64,000 nucleotides of DNA from Prochlorococcus sp. AG-355-B18 (lineage in GTDB: Bacteria; Cyanobacteriota; Cyanobacteriia; PCC-6307; Cyanobiaceae), in NCBI GenBank assembly GCA_003280965.1, contig QCDI01000004.1:32001-96000 (forward strand), in the 5' to 3' direction. Shown piece after piece: positions 42,989 through 54,885 of this stretch. Under the pieces are notes generated by a model, which worked only from the letters and a program-made list of their open reading frames with translations, was not told the DNA's origin and did not search any database. Position 1 is the stretch's first letter. Each line of letters opens with the position of its first letter. Both the position numbers and the translations under genes were made by a program.

Positions 42989-44284
42989 CTAGATACCGAG
43001 CTTCTCCCATATTACACTTAAATTATTGAGATGAATTGAAGGATTAAAACATTCTTCTAAATCACTTTGATCAATAAAATCCATAATTTCATTATCTCTC
43101 TCTATATTTTCTTTGAAATTCCCATTCTCAGTATTCCAGGCCTGATGTGCATTTTTTTGTACTAAGCTATATGCCTTTTCTCTAGACATGCCGCTCTCTA
43201 CAAGCAAAAGTAAAACTTTCTGACTAAAAATTACGCCGCCATATATATTTAAATTTTTGAGCATATTTTTTGGATAAACTTCTAAATTGCTTACTATATC
43301 TTTCATTTCTCTAAGCATAAAATGCAAACAGATTGATACGTCAGGTAACATAATACGCTCATTTGAACTATGGCTAATATCTCGTTCATGCCAAAGTGGG
43401 ACATTTTCCAGAGCTGTTAATACGTAACTTCTCAAAATTCTCGCTAAACCGCTTACTCTTTCACTCCGAATAGGATTTCTTTTATGAGGCATTGCTGAAC
43501 TTCCTTTTTGCCCTTTTGTGAATCCTTCCTCAACTTCTAAAACGTCAGTTCTCTGTAAATTTCTTATTTCAGTAGCGAATCTATCTAGCGAAGCCCCAAC
43601 CAGTGCAATTGTTTGAACATATTCTGCATGTCTGTCTCTTGATATAACTTGGGTACTTGCTGTATCTGGTTTTAAGCCGAGTAAATCACAAGTTATTTGT
43701 TCAACTTCAGGGTTTGTATTGGCGTAAGTACCCATTGCACCACTTATTTGTCCTATTGCTACGGATTCTTTAAGTGTTAATAATCTTTTTTTGTTCCTTA
43801 TTATTTCTGCTAACCATCCTGCAAGTTTAAAACCAAAGGAAATTGGCTCCCCATGAATAGCATGTGATCTGCCAATCATTAATGTATTTTTATGCTTTCT
43901 TGCTAATAATCTGACTTCATTTTCTAGTTTCTCAATTTCTTTTAGTAATAATTCACTAGAATCTTTCAACTGAAGAGATAATCCGGTATCAAGTACATCA
44001 CTACTAGTCATTCCAACATGAATGTATCTACCAGAGTCTCCTACAAATTCATTGACGCTTGTAAGAAATGCTATTACATCATGTTTAACTTCTTTCTCAA
44101 TTTCTTTAATTCTGGATTCATCAAACTTTGCATTTGAACGAATATCTTTCATGGCATTCTCAGGAATTTTTCCGAGAGAACAATTTGCTTCACATGCAGC
44201 TATTTCAACCTTAAGCCAACTATGGAATTTTGCACTTTCAGTCCAGATTTGCCCCATTTCGGGTAATGTGTAACGCTCGATCAC
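42989..44284 (-). CDS. purB: adenylosuccinate lyase
   Basis: MIERY, HDVIAF, TSSDVLDT, GSSAMPHKRNP and WHERDISHSS.ER. Confidence 0.97.
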   Translation of the reverse strand: MIERYTLPEMGQIWTESAKFHSWLKVEIAACEANCSLGKIPENAMKDIRSNAKFDESRIKEIEKEVKHDVIAFLTSVNEFVGDSGRYIHVGMTSSDVLDTGLSLQLKDSSELLLKEIEKLENEVRLLARKHKNTLMIGRSHAIHGEPISFGFKLAGWLAEIIRNKKRLLTLKESVAIGQISGAMGTYANTNPEVEQITCDLLGLKPDTASTQVISRDRHAEYVQTIALVGASLDRFATEIRNLQRTDVLEVEEGFTKGQKGSSAMPHKRNPIRSERVSGLARILRSYVLTALENVPLWHERDISHSSNERIMLPDVSICLHFMLREMKDIVSNLEVYPKNMLKNLNIYGGVIFSQKVLLLLVESGMSREKAYSLVQKNAHQAWNTENGNFKENIERDNEIMDFIDQSDLEECFNPSIHLNNLSVIWEKLGI

Positions 44285-44566
44285 AATTTTTAATAATCAC
44301 CATCTTAAACTTTATAACCAAAATCGAATAATTGCCCTATACCTTAAGGATGTACTTGCCATTGCACATATTTGCCTGTTAATTATTTTTTTTGTAACAG
44401 ATTTTTTAACTGTTTAAAGAAAGTTTAAATATTAAAATATTTTTACAAATTGCCTTCGTTAATAATGGGTAATTCTTTAGTTCGCATTTAAAATTAGAAG
44501 GTATTAAAGAATTTGGATCTTAATCTTGTAGAAGTTCATTATTCAGTCTTTTTTTTTGATGAATAG

Positions 44567-45379
44567 ATGATTGAAAAAAGTAGATTAGACCTTTATCTTC
44601 TCAACAAAGGTTTATGTGAAACTCGTCAAAAAGCCCAAGGTTTAATTCTTGCAGGCAAAGTAAGAGATATTAATGGCAAAGTATTGGATAAACCTGGACA
44701 GCAAGTATTAATTGGTTCTGAATTGTTTATCGATTCCGGACCTATGTTTGTATCAAGGGGAGGCGAAAAATTATTAGAGGCATTTAAAAGACTTGAAATA
44801 AATGTAAAAGATAAAATATGTATTGACGCGGGAATCTCAACTGGGGGATTTACTGATTGCTTATTGCAACAAGGCGCAAAGTTAGTTTATGGAGTAGATG
44901 TAGGTTATGGACAGACTGCATGGAAAATTAGAAAAAATCCAAAAGTTATACTTTTTGAACGAACAAATATTCGAAATTTAAAACCTAATGATCTTTTATC
45001 TAGAAGTGTTGAATTGCCAAATTTTGTGGTTGCTGATTTGTCTTTTATTTCATTAAAGTTAGTTTTTAATTCTATTAGTAATTTATTAGTAGGTGATTCT
45101 ATAGAGGGAATATTTTTAATTAAACCGCAATTTGAGGTTGGTAAAGATAAAGTCGGCAAAGGTGGTGTTGTTCGAAATCCTAAATTCCATACTGAGGCTA
45201 TAGAGTCTGTTATTGATGCGGCTAAGAATTTTCAATGGAATATACAGAATTTGATAGCTTCCCCTTTAGTAGGTCCAGCTGGCAATCATGAATATCTAGC
45301 TTGGATGTGCTTAAGAAGTGAACCAAATCCAAGAATTAATAGTGAATATATACAAAATTTAGTAAATGAAACTCTTTGA
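44567..45379 (+). CDS. tlyA: TlyA-family rRNA 2'-O-methyltransferase
   Basis: S4 domain (RLD.YL), VSRGGEKL, STGGFTDCLLQ, DLSFISL, KPQFE and GN.EYL. Confidence 0.93.
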   Translation: MIEKSRLDLYLLNKGLCETRQKAQGLILAGKVRDINGKVLDKPGQQVLIGSELFIDSGPMFVSRGGEKLLEAFKRLEINVKDKICIDAGISTGGFTDCLLQQGAKLVYGVDVGYGQTAWKIRKNPKVILFERTNIRNLKPNDLLSRSVELPNFVVADLSFISLKLVFNSISNLLVGDSIEGIFLIKPQFEVGKDKVGKGGVVRNPKFHTEAIESVIDAAKNFQWNIQNLIASPLVGPAGNHEYLAWMCLRSEPNPRINSEYIQNLVNETL

Positions 45380-45380
45380 A

Positions 45381-45743
<363 letters not shown>

Positions 45744-45989
45744 TTAATTGTTTTTTGGGAAAACATCCATCATTGAAATATCAGAAAAACATTTAATATC
45801 AAGACCTGCATTTATGGCATCTTCTATTAATAATTTGGAGTTTTTTTCAGAAATAATTACTGTACTATTTGATAATGCTTCCCACTGATCATTTTCAAAG
45901 TGTGTTTGAAGCCATAGCATTCCAATTGCACTCTTTGGTTGAAGTGATTTATTTAAGTTGTTATCGATAGTTATCAAACAAATGTCCAT
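45744..45989 (-). CDS. conserved hypothetical protein directly upstream of glnB
   Basis: ORF with LQPKSAIGMLWLQTHFE...W core. The ATG at 45989 is preferred over the GTG at 46013, which lies in the likely promoter; 24 nt gap to glnB. Confidence 0.72.
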   Translation of the reverse strand: MDICLITIDNNLNKSLQPKSAIGMLWLQTHFENDQWEALSNSTVIISEKNSKLLIEDAINAGLDIKCFSDISMMDVFPKNN

Positions 45990-46041
45990 TAATTTTGTCT
46001 TTGAACTAAACACATATAACCCTTTTGAATGGCATTATGAT

Positions 46042-46057
46042 TGTTACTATTGATACA
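46042..46057 (-). promoter_or_regulatory. candidate NtcA binding site
   Basis: Minus strand TGTA-TCAATAGT-AACA is GTA-N8-AAC, one mismatch from GTA-N8-TAC, and has TGT/ACA flanks. It lies upstream of the hypothetical-glnB unit; only an imperfect -10 (TTATAT) is seen 23 nt downstream. Confidence 0.6.
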
Positions 46058-46077
46058 AAAATAAGATTTCACAGGTT

Positions 46078-46106
46078 TTGACTTAGTCAACTGTAATACT
46101 TAGGCT
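46078..46106 (+). promoter_or_regulatory. predicted sigma70-type promoter of queF
   Basis: TTGACT (46078-46083), 17-nt spacer, TAGGCT (46101-46106). The -35 is half of the palindrome TTGACT-T-AGTCAA. Confidence 0.45.
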
Positions 46107-46168
46107 TGTTGAGACTTTTGCGAATTTTGATCTTTTTATATAGGTTTAGTAAATAAGTTCCATTAAAA

Positions 46169-46579
46169 ATGAGTGCTGCTAAATTAAATGATTCGACAAA
46201 AAGTCCACTATATGGTGAGAGAATTATTGAAGAATCAAAAATAATTTGTTTTGAAAATCCAAATAAAAAAAGAATTTATGAAATTTCTATCCAGTTACCT
46301 GAATTTACATGTAAGTGCCCCTTTTCAGGCTATCCAGATTTTGCCAAGCTAAATATTGTTTATCAACCAAATTTGAGAGTCTATGAGTTGAAATCTCTAA
46401 AGCTTTATATTAATAATTTCAGAGATATGAAAATATCACATGAGGAAGTTGTTAATAGAATTATGGATGATTTAGTGAATGCAGGCTCACCGCACTGGAT
46501 ACATCTAAATGCTGCATTTAACCCCAGAGGAAATGTTTCTATGCAATTAGATATTTTTAGTGGACAGAAAAAAAATTAA
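46169..46579 (+). CDS. queF: NADPH-dependent 7-cyano-7-deazaguanine (preQ0) reductase, type I
   Basis: [27 protein letters not shown] and PRGN. Confidence 0.94.
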   Translation: MSAAKLNDSTKSPLYGERIIEESKIICFENPNKKRIYEISIQLPEFTCKCPFSGYPDFAKLNIVYQPNLRVYELKSLKLYINNFRDMKISHEEVVNRIMDDLVNAGSPHWIHLNAAFNPRGNVSMQLDIFSGQKKN

Positions 46580-47862
46580 AAATTTTTAATTTCTTCTAAT
46601 AATTTAAAAAATTCTTTTTTAAAACCAACTAAATTTTTATTGCTTAGACCTCCAATGGATAACTTTTGTGATTCAATATTTACAAGAATCCATAATTGGT
46701 TAGTAGGTATAAGACTTATTATTGTTCCAAAAATTATTAAGATAAAAGAAAAATAAATAAAAGGAATAGACGGATCATTTTTAATTATCAATCCACTGCT
46801 GGGGATTATTTTTTTTAGAGCTACTTTTGAAGAATTAATTTCCAAGGGTTCTTCATTTATGTAGAGATTATTTCCTGAAAAATTTTCTATATTGGAAATT
46901 TTAAGTGGACCATTCTCATTATCTATTGTTAAAAGGAATTTTTTTTTATTCTCTGAACCTAATTCAACTAAAACCCCCCAAACTTGATTTCCAATTTCAG
47001 GAATCTCCTTTAATTGTAATTGATAAAGGATATTATCTATTTCTAAAACAACATTTGATATTGACCAGTCAGCTTGATAAATAGTTAATCCTTGAAACCT
47101 TATTGGGTGATTAACTTTGGCAGTTTTTATTTCATTTAATCTTAAGTCTTCAGAAAAAAAATCTAACTTAGAAATAAATTGTTTGGGTATACCATCACTT
47201 TCTCGTTCTATAGAAAAATCAACTAACTTTATATTGGCTTTTGAGTTCGTGCTCTCATTAATAAGATCCAAGCTTTCCCCAGGCAATAAATATTGTTCTT
47301 TTGATTGATTGGTAAAACTTCCATATGCTGAGCCTATTAGTAATATTATCAATCCAATATGTACAACTAAAGGACCGATTTTCCCAATTAACCCCCTTCT
47401 TGCAGAAAGATGACTTTTATATTTGTATGTTTGCCATCCTTGTTTTTTAAGTAATAAATCTGCTTTTGATATGTAGTCTGCATCTTCATTGATTTGGTGA
47501 CTAGAGGTTAATTGCAGTTTGCTAAATTTTTTTTCATTCTTATATTCGATCCATTTTAATGAAGCTTTTAAGGAAGGGATTTGCCTCCTGAAACTACAAG
47601 CTGCTAGAGAAATGCAAAGAAGAATTAATGCAAATAAAAACCAAAAGCTTGTATAAATATGATCCAATTGAAGTTTTAAGACTTTTTCGCCATTTAAAAA
47701 TCCCAAAATAGGAGCATTATCAAAAATATCAATATAAAATTTTTTATTACTACCTTGAGGTATGAAAGTTCCTATGCCACTTGAAATGGCTATAAAGATT
47801 ATGAGTGATATAGCGAATCTTAAACTTGATATTTTTAAAATTAAATTCTTAAAAATAATCAT
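46576..47862 (-). CDS. ccsB: cytochrome c biogenesis protein Ccs1/CcsB (ResB family)
   Basis: SLRFAI, GTFIPQ, H.Y.S.WF, GP.VVH.G, VNHP.RF.G...YQADW and DPS.P. Confidence 0.9.
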   Translation of the reverse strand: MIIFKNLILKISSLRFAISLIIFIAISSGIGTFIPQGSNKKFYIDIFDNAPILGFLNGEKVLKLQLDHIYTSFWFLFALILLCISLAACSFRRQIPSLKASLKWIEYKNEKKFSKLQLTSSHQINEDADYISKADLLLKKQGWQTYKYKSHLSARRGLIGKIGPLVVHIGLIILLIGSAYGSFTNQSKEQYLLPGESLDLINESTNSKANIKLVDFSIERESDGIPKQFISKLDFFSEDLRLNEIKTAKVNHPIRFQGLTIYQADWSISNVVLEIDNILYQLQLKEIPEIGNQVWGVLVELGSENKKKFLLTIDNENGPLKISNIENFSGNNLYINEEPLEINSSKVALKKIIPSSGLIIKNDPSIPFIYFSFILIIFGTIISLIPTNQLWILVNIESQKLSIGGLSNKNLVGFKKEFFKLLEEIKNF

Positions 47863-48519
47863 TTAAATCCAATTTGAAAATAAATTTAATAATCCAAGGG
47901 AAACTAAAAATATCCCACTTAAAGTAGGAATTATTTGACTAAATTTTCTGAGCTCTAAAAATTTTTTTAAGTTTTCTGCTGTAGCTCCAGCAATGATTAG
48001 AGGAATTACTTGGCCAACTCCAAAGAAAAATAAAAAAATAATTGAGATTGTAGGGTTTTTAGCTTGCGATACCCAAGCTAAAAGGGTTGCTAGTACTGGA
48101 GTAATGCAAGGTGAAGAGGCTAGTCCAAAGGCAGACCCTATTGCAAAAGGTGCTAAAAAGGATGGTATTTTATCTTCAATTATTTTTAAATCAGGTCCAT
48201 TCGGGAATTGAAACTTTAGAATTCCTAATAAATTTAAACCCATAATAATTGCTATCAAGGCAACTACCGAGGTGTAATAAGTTGGTATTTGCCCGTAGAT
48301 TTTCCCTAATAATCCACTAGCAGCACCCAATGCGACGAGTGAAAAAACTACTCCTCCTGAAAAACTAATAAGTTTAAATTTATTTTTGTCTGTTCCACCT
48401 ATATAAGCAATTGTGATTGGTAGTAATGATATCGAGCATGGCCCCAGACTAGTTAAAAGTCCTGCCATGAAAACCAAAAATATAGTAAATGGGCCTGGAT
48501 TATTAAGACCATTTTCCAT
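47863..48519 (-). CDS. ccdA: cytochrome c biogenesis thiol-disulfide transporter CcdA
   Basis: GLLTSLGPC..S.LP and ASSPC.TPVL motifs; multiple TM helices. Confidence 0.92.
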   Translation of the reverse strand: MENGLNNPGPFTIFLVFMAGLLTSLGPCSISLLPITIAYIGGTDKNKFKLISFSGGVVFSLVALGAASGLLGKIYGQIPTYYTSVVALIAIIMGLNLLGILKFQFPNGPDLKIIEDKIPSFLAPFAIGSAFGLASSPCITPVLATLLAWVSQAKNPTISIIFLFFFGVGQVIPLIIAGATAENLKKFLELRKFSQIIPTLSGIFLVSLGLLNLFSNWI

Positions 48520-48601
48520 AAGCAGATTACCATTTTGAGATAATTCTGAAATAACTAAATTAAATGATTCGATAGCTTAACTTAAATCCTCTAAATTCTA
48601 A

Positions 48602-49837
48602 CTAATTAAGCGTCTTCCGTGTATAAATCATACCTATGAACCCTGTTGATTCTAATGAACATCTCAGTAACATTCCTGCAATAAAAAAAGATGCTAATAA
48701 TGAATTTCCGCCATAACTGATAAAAGGTAGTGGTAAGCCTGTAGTAGGAATTGAACCTGTTGTTACAGCAATATGCATTATTGATTGACCTGTTAATAAT
48801 ACGCCACATCCAATAGCAACCAACTTTGTATAATTATTCCTGCACTTAAGAGCAATTCTGAGGCTTATATAAGAAAAAATTGCTAAAAATCCTAAGAAAA
48901 GGGAACATCCTAACAAACCAAATTCTTCTGCAAAGATGGCAAAAATAAAATCTGTATACATAAATGGTAGGTACTGTAATTTTTGTATAGAAAGCCCAAA
49001 ACCTTGCCCGAATAGACCGCCTGAACCAATGGCTAATAGACTCTGAACCAATTGAAATCCACTTTCTTGTTGATCTTTCCAAGGATTAATAAATGAAGTA
49101 ACCCTAAGTTTTTGATATTCGTTAATAAGGATACTAAAACAACCAGTTATGAATCCTAATGAGGCAAATGAGCAAAGAGTGCTAAGTTGTACTCCTCCGC
49201 ATAAACCCAAAACCCAAAAAAGAATTCCAGTTAATGATGCAGTACTTAAATTAGGCTGTTTTAGTATTAATAAAATTAATAAACCAAAAGACATAATTGA
49301 AATTAATTTTTTATCATTCTTTATCAGATTCCAATGAGCGAAAAGATTAGAAGCTTCTAAAATTAAAAAAGGTTTAATTAATTCAGATGGTTGCAGACGT
49401 AAATTTCCTAGCACTAGCCATCTTGAAGATCCATTTACTGTAATTCCAGTAATATTAGTCAGAAAAATTAAAAAGAATAAAATATAAAAAATAATCCTTG
49501 AAAACTTTAAAAGATTTCTAATGTTTGTATTAAGAGTGAAATAAAATAAACCAATCCCTGGAATTGTCCAAATAATTTGTTTTTTTAAAAAGTAAGCCCA
49601 ATTTCCCATTTCTCTACTGGCTACCCACCAACTTGACGATCCTAGAATGAGGATGCCGAATATTGACCATATTCCTACGAGGATAAGGAGGATTTTAGCT
49701 TCATAAGGCCATACCATCCAAGGTAGGGGAAAGATAGACTCTGTTAAATTGCTTAAATTTTTTTTGTAATTAGAACTAAAGGGTTTTTTTCTTTTAGAAA
49801 TTCTTTTATATTTTATTGTTTCTTGACTTATCTCCAA
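48602..49837 (-). CDS. ftsW: SEDS family peptidoglycan polymerase FtsW
   Basis: NGSSRW, QPSELIK, QPNLST, GFQL.QSL.AIGSGG, TDFIFAIFAEEFG and PTTGLPLPFISYGG. Confidence 0.88.
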   Translation of the reverse strand: MEISQETIKYKRISKRKKPFSSNYKKNLSNLTESIFPLPWMVWPYEAKILLILVGIWSIFGILILGSSSWWVASREMGNWAYFLKKQIIWTIPGIGLFYFTLNTNIRNLLKFSRIIFYILFFLIFLTNITGITVNGSSRWLVLGNLRLQPSELIKPFLILEASNLFAHWNLIKNDKKLISIMSFGLLILLILKQPNLSTASLTGILFWVLGLCGGVQLSTLCSFASLGFITGCFSILINEYQKLRVTSFINPWKDQQESGFQLVQSLLAIGSGGLFGQGFGLSIQKLQYLPFMYTDFIFAIFAEEFGLLGCSLFLGFLAIFSYISLRIALKCRNNYTKLVAIGCGVLLTGQSIMHIAVTTGSIPTTGLPLPFISYGGNSLLASFFIAGMLLRCSLESTGFIGMIYTRKTLN

Positions 49838-50044
49838 TTTTTTAAATGTATATGTACTATTGAGACGTTTAATTGAGATTTTGCCAAGTCTTTTATTAAC
49901 GTTTTAAAGTGTTAAAGCAATAAAAAGATGACTTTTCATAAATTTTATTTTTGAAGAATAAAGTAGAAAAAGGTCTACAGATTAATCATAAATCTTAAGA
50001 ATTAATTTTTTATAAAAAAAAACTAGCTAAAAGGCACCTCTCCG

Positions 50045-50053
50045 TGATAGATT
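50045..50053 (+). promoter_or_regulatory. predicted extended -10 element of the atp operon
   Basis: TG-A-TAGATT about 50 nt upstream of atp1, flanked by the direct repeat TCCGTGA (50041-50047, 50053-50059). Confidence 0.4.
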
Positions 50054-50102
50054 CCGTGAGTTTATATACTTACTTAAAACCATTCAGAGAGGTTTCTAAA
50101 CT

Positions 50103-50579
50103 ATGTTCACATCAGTGGACTCAAATAGAAAAAAACTTGAGCATCTTTCTAATGAGAATGCTGAATTTCCTCAATCCCTGAATAATTCGATCATCAAAGA
50201 AAGTAAATCTGGCATTGCCAATCAAATAGATAATTTGCTTTCTCAAAATGATGAATATACAAAATTGCAATTAACAATTTTTGGAATTACTTTTATTGTT
50301 TCTATTTTTATAGCTTCAATAACTGGAATTTTTCTAGGATTTACTTTTGGTTTTAGTATTTTTATAGGTGCAATTGCCGGTATTTTTTACCTACGTTTGC
50401 TTGCCAAAAGTATAGGGAAACTTGGTAAAGAATCATCAGGTGTATCAAAATTGCAACTATTAGTCCCAGTTTGCCTCTTTATTTTTGCGAGCAAGCTAGG
50501 ATCTTTAGATATTTTTCCTGCGATGATAGGTTTTTTCATTTACAAGCCTTCTCTCATTCTTTATTTTTCACGTTCTTAA
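50103..50579 (+). CDS. atp1: ATP synthase protein I (Atp1/UncI-like)
   Basis: EY..LQ, four hydrophobic segments, YLRLLA and GF..YK; first gene of the atp operon. Confidence 0.88.
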   Translation: MFTSVDSNRKKLEHLSNENAEFPQSLNNSIIKESKSGIANQIDNLLSQNDEYTKLQLTIFGITFIVSIFIASITGIFLGFTFGFSIFIGAIAGIFYLRLLAKSIGKLGKESSGVSKLQLLVPVCLFIFASKLGSLDIFPAMIGFFIYKPSLILYFSRS

Positions 50580-50602
50580 GTAAATTTTTTTATTCAAAAC
50601 AA

Positions 50603-51328
50603 ATGTTTTTTAATTCCTTGCTAACAAATTTTGCAGCATTAGAAGTTGGTCAACATCTTTATTGGCAAATTGGAAATATCAGACTTCATGGGCAGGTATT
50701 TTTAACATCTTGGATTTTATTAGGAGCGTTATTAGTTTTTATTTCTTTAGGAACTAAAAAAATGGAAAATGATCCAAAAGGCCTTCAAAACTTGCTTGAA
50801 TTCCTCTGGGATTACATAAGAGATCTTGCTAGGACGCAAATAGGTGAAAAAGTATATAGAGATTGGATGCCATTTATAGGTACTTTATTTTTATTCGTCT
50901 TTGTTAGTAATTGGGGGGGAGCTTTAATTCCTTGGAGATTGATTAAGTTACCAAGTGGAGAATTAGGAGCACCTACTGCAGATATCAACACAACTATAGC
51001 CTTGGCGTTATTGGTTTCACTCTCTTATTTCTATGCAGGTTTAAGCAATAAGGGTTGGAGATACTTCGAATATTATGTTCACCCAACTCCTATTATGCTT
51101 CCTTTCAAAATTTTAGAGGACTTTACGAAACCTTTATCACTCTCTTTCAGGCTATTTGGAAATATTTTGGCTGATGAGCTTGTTGTTGGTGTTTTAGTCT
51201 TTTTAGTTCCGCTAATTCTCCCAATACCTGTTATGTTCCTAGGATTATTTACTAGTGCAATTCAGGCATTGATTTTCGCAACTTTAGCGGCCTACTACAT
51301 TGGAGAAGCTGTTGAAGAACATCATTAG
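50603..51328 (+). CDS. atpB: ATP synthase Fo subunit a
   Basis: [18 protein letters not shown] and [15 protein letters not shown]. The start is set at ATG 50603; the ORF-track upstream extension overlaps atp1. Confidence 0.97.
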   Translation: MFFNSLLTNFAALEVGQHLYWQIGNIRLHGQVFLTSWILLGALLVFISLGTKKMENDPKGLQNLLEFLWDYIRDLARTQIGEKVYRDWMPFIGTLFLFVFVSNWGGALIPWRLIKLPSGELGAPTADINTTIALALLVSLSYFYAGLSNKGWRYFEYYVHPTPIMLPFKILEDFTKPLSLSFRLFGNILADELVVGVLVFLVPLILPIPVMFLGLFTSAIQALIFATLAAYYIGEAVEEHH

Positions 51329-51389
51329 CTGTCTTCTAATACATTCAGACTCTTTTACAAAGGGTCTGTAATCTGGCAAAATATCTAAT

Positions 51390-51444
51390 CGCGTAGGTCT
51401 GAAAATATCAGACCCATTCTTAATAGAAAGGATGTCCAAGCGTG
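51390..51444 (+). ncRNA. ATPC RNA motif (cis-regulatory structure between subunit a and subunit c genes)
   Basis: Three-way junction: CGCGT/GCGTG outer stem, GGTCTGA/TCAGACC hairpin and CATTCTT/AAGGATG hairpin. The position matches the described ATPC motif of marine cyanobacteria; boundaries are approximate. Confidence 0.75.
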
Positions 51445-51474
51445 TATGACAACAAAGATTATCACAAGCATTAA

Positions 51475-51738
<264 letters not shown>

Positions 51739-51743
51739 AAGTT

Positions 51744-51774
51744 AATATTGCTTCTAATCCTTATTAGCAGTATT
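51744..51774 (+). other. hairpin immediately after the subunit c gene (mRNA-stabilising or attenuating)
   Basis: AATATTGCT/AGCAGTATT 9-bp stem with one G-U pair, followed by a T-rich tract. Confidence 0.45.
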
Positions 51775-51806
51775 TCAATTTAATTTTTTAACTTCAATTG
51801 AATCAT

Positions 51807-52268
51807 ATGTTGGCTCTTAATTTTTTTGGTGCTACAGAAGGTGGATTATTTGATATAAATGCCACTTTGCCATTAATGGCGATACAAGTAGTTGCGCTTA
51901 CTTACATATTAAATTCTCTCTTTTTTAAGCCAGTAGGCAATGTTGTAGAAAAAAGAGAAAAGTTTGTAAGTAATAATATTATTGAGGCCAAAAATAAACT
52001 TTCTGAGGTTAAAAAATTAGAAGCTGAATTATTAACTCAGCTTCAAGGTGCTCGTACAGAAGCCCAAAGAATTGTGAGCGAAGCTGAGGATGAGTCTGAC
52101 AAGCTTTATAAGGAAGCACTAGAACTTGCTAACAATGAAGCAAATGCTTCAAAAGAAAAAGCAAGACTAGAAATTGAAAGTCAGACATCTGCTGCTCGTG
52201 ATCAACTTTCTAAACAGGCTGATGATCTAAGCGAACTTATTGTTAATAGATTGATTCTAGAAAAATGA
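51807..52268 (+). CDS. atpF2: ATP synthase Fo subunit b'
   Basis: [14 protein letters not shown] and FFKPV, then a coiled coil. Confidence 0.95.
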   Translation: MLALNFFGATEGGLFDINATLPLMAIQVVALTYILNSLFFKPVGNVVEKREKFVSNNIIEAKNKLSEVKKLEAELLTQLQGARTEAQRIVSEAEDESDKLYKEALELANNEANASKEKARLEIESQTSAARDQLSKQADDLSELIVNRLILEK

Positions 52269-52777
52269 ATTTAACTCTTTTAGCTACAGAAGGTTTTGGA
52301 TTGAATTTCAATTTATTCGAAACTAATATCCTTAATTGGGCTGTAGTAGTTTTCGGTCTTTATAAATTTTTGCCTGGTTTCCTGGGTAAAATGCTTCAAA
52401 AAAGGAGAGAAGGAATCCTTCTTGAATTAAAAGATGCTGAAGATCGACTCCTAAATGCAACTCAAGCTTTAGAAAAGGCAAAGAAAGATTTATCTTCAGC
52501 AGAAGAAAAAGCTTCTCAAATAAAAGCAGATTCCCTTAAAAGATCTGAATCAATAAGAATGGAAAGTGAGAAAAAAGCGATAGAGGAGATGGCACGAATT
52601 AAACAAAGTGCAATCTCTGATGAGAGCTCTGAAGCATCCAGAGCAATTTCTCAACTTCGAAAAGAAGCTGTTGAACTGGCCATTAAGAAAGCCTTAGATT
52701 CTCTACCAAATCGACTTGATAAAAAAACACAAGAAAATTTGGTAACTCAATCAATTAATAATATTGAGGTGAACTAA
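52265..52777 (+). CDS. atpF: ATP synthase Fo subunit b
   Basis: [14 protein letters not shown] followed by a TM helix and coiled coil. Confidence 0.95.
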   Translation: MNLTLLATEGFGLNFNLFETNILNWAVVVFGLYKFLPGFLGKMLQKRREGILLELKDAEDRLLNATQALEKAKKDLSSAEEKASQIKADSLKRSESIRMESEKKAIEEMARIKQSAISDESSEASRAISQLRKEAVELAIKKALDSLPNRLDKKTQENLVTQSINNIEVN

Positions 52778-53319
52778 TGCCACTTTTAAATTCAGTTACT
52801 ACACCATACGCAGAGGCATTACTTCAAGTTGTGAATGAAAATTCGCAAACTGAGGAGATGGTTTCTGAGGTTAAACAACTCTTGGAATTAATCAATGATT
52901 CCCCTGAATTGGAGAAGGCACTATCCTCTCCTATTTTAGAGACAGATGCTAAGAAGAAAATCATCATTGAAATTTTTTCAAATAAGGTTAATTCTTCTTT
53001 ACTAAATTTCTTAAAATTATTGGCCGATAGGCAAAGAATTGGAATCCTTACTTCAATTCTTGATAGGTTTTTAGAGATTTACCGAGAAAATAGTAATATT
53101 GCTTTGGCAACTGTTACTTCTGCAGTCGAGCTTACTGATGAACAGAAAGGTTTAATTACCAAAAAGATCATCAATATTGCTGGAACAGAAAAATTAGAAC
53201 TTGTAACTAAAATTGACCCATCTCTAATTGGTGGTTTCGTCGCCAGTGTAGGATCAAAAGTAATTGATGCTTCCCTTGCTTCACAAATTAGAAAACTTGG
53301 CATAACTCTTTCCAAGTAA
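52777..53319 (+). CDS. atpH: ATP synthase F1 subunit delta
   Basis: PYAEAL, NFLKLL.DR.R, VTSAV.L, DPSLIGG and IDASL. Confidence 0.97.
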   Translation: MPLLNSVTTPYAEALLQVVNENSQTEEMVSEVKQLLELINDSPELEKALSSPILETDAKKKIIIEIFSNKVNSSLLNFLKLLADRQRIGILTSILDRFLEIYRENSNIALATVTSAVELTDEQKGLITKKIINIAGTEKLELVTKIDPSLIGGFVASVGSKVIDASLASQIRKLGITLSK

Positions 53320-53337
53320 CTTTTAAATCAACCTTAA

Positions 53338-54867
<1,530 letters not shown>

Positions 54868-54885
54868 ATTTATTTAGGAGATACC

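Noticed and set aside
44285..44566. Possible small ORF or sRNA in the purB/tlyA divergent spacer
   Set aside because: Started ORFs are only about 8-16 codons, one longer hydrophobic frame lacks a start codon, and there is no convincing terminator or stem.
50471..50602. 44-aa N-terminal extension of ATP synthase subunit a
   Set aside because: It overlaps atp1 in another frame; the ATG at 50603 gives a normal-length subunit a.
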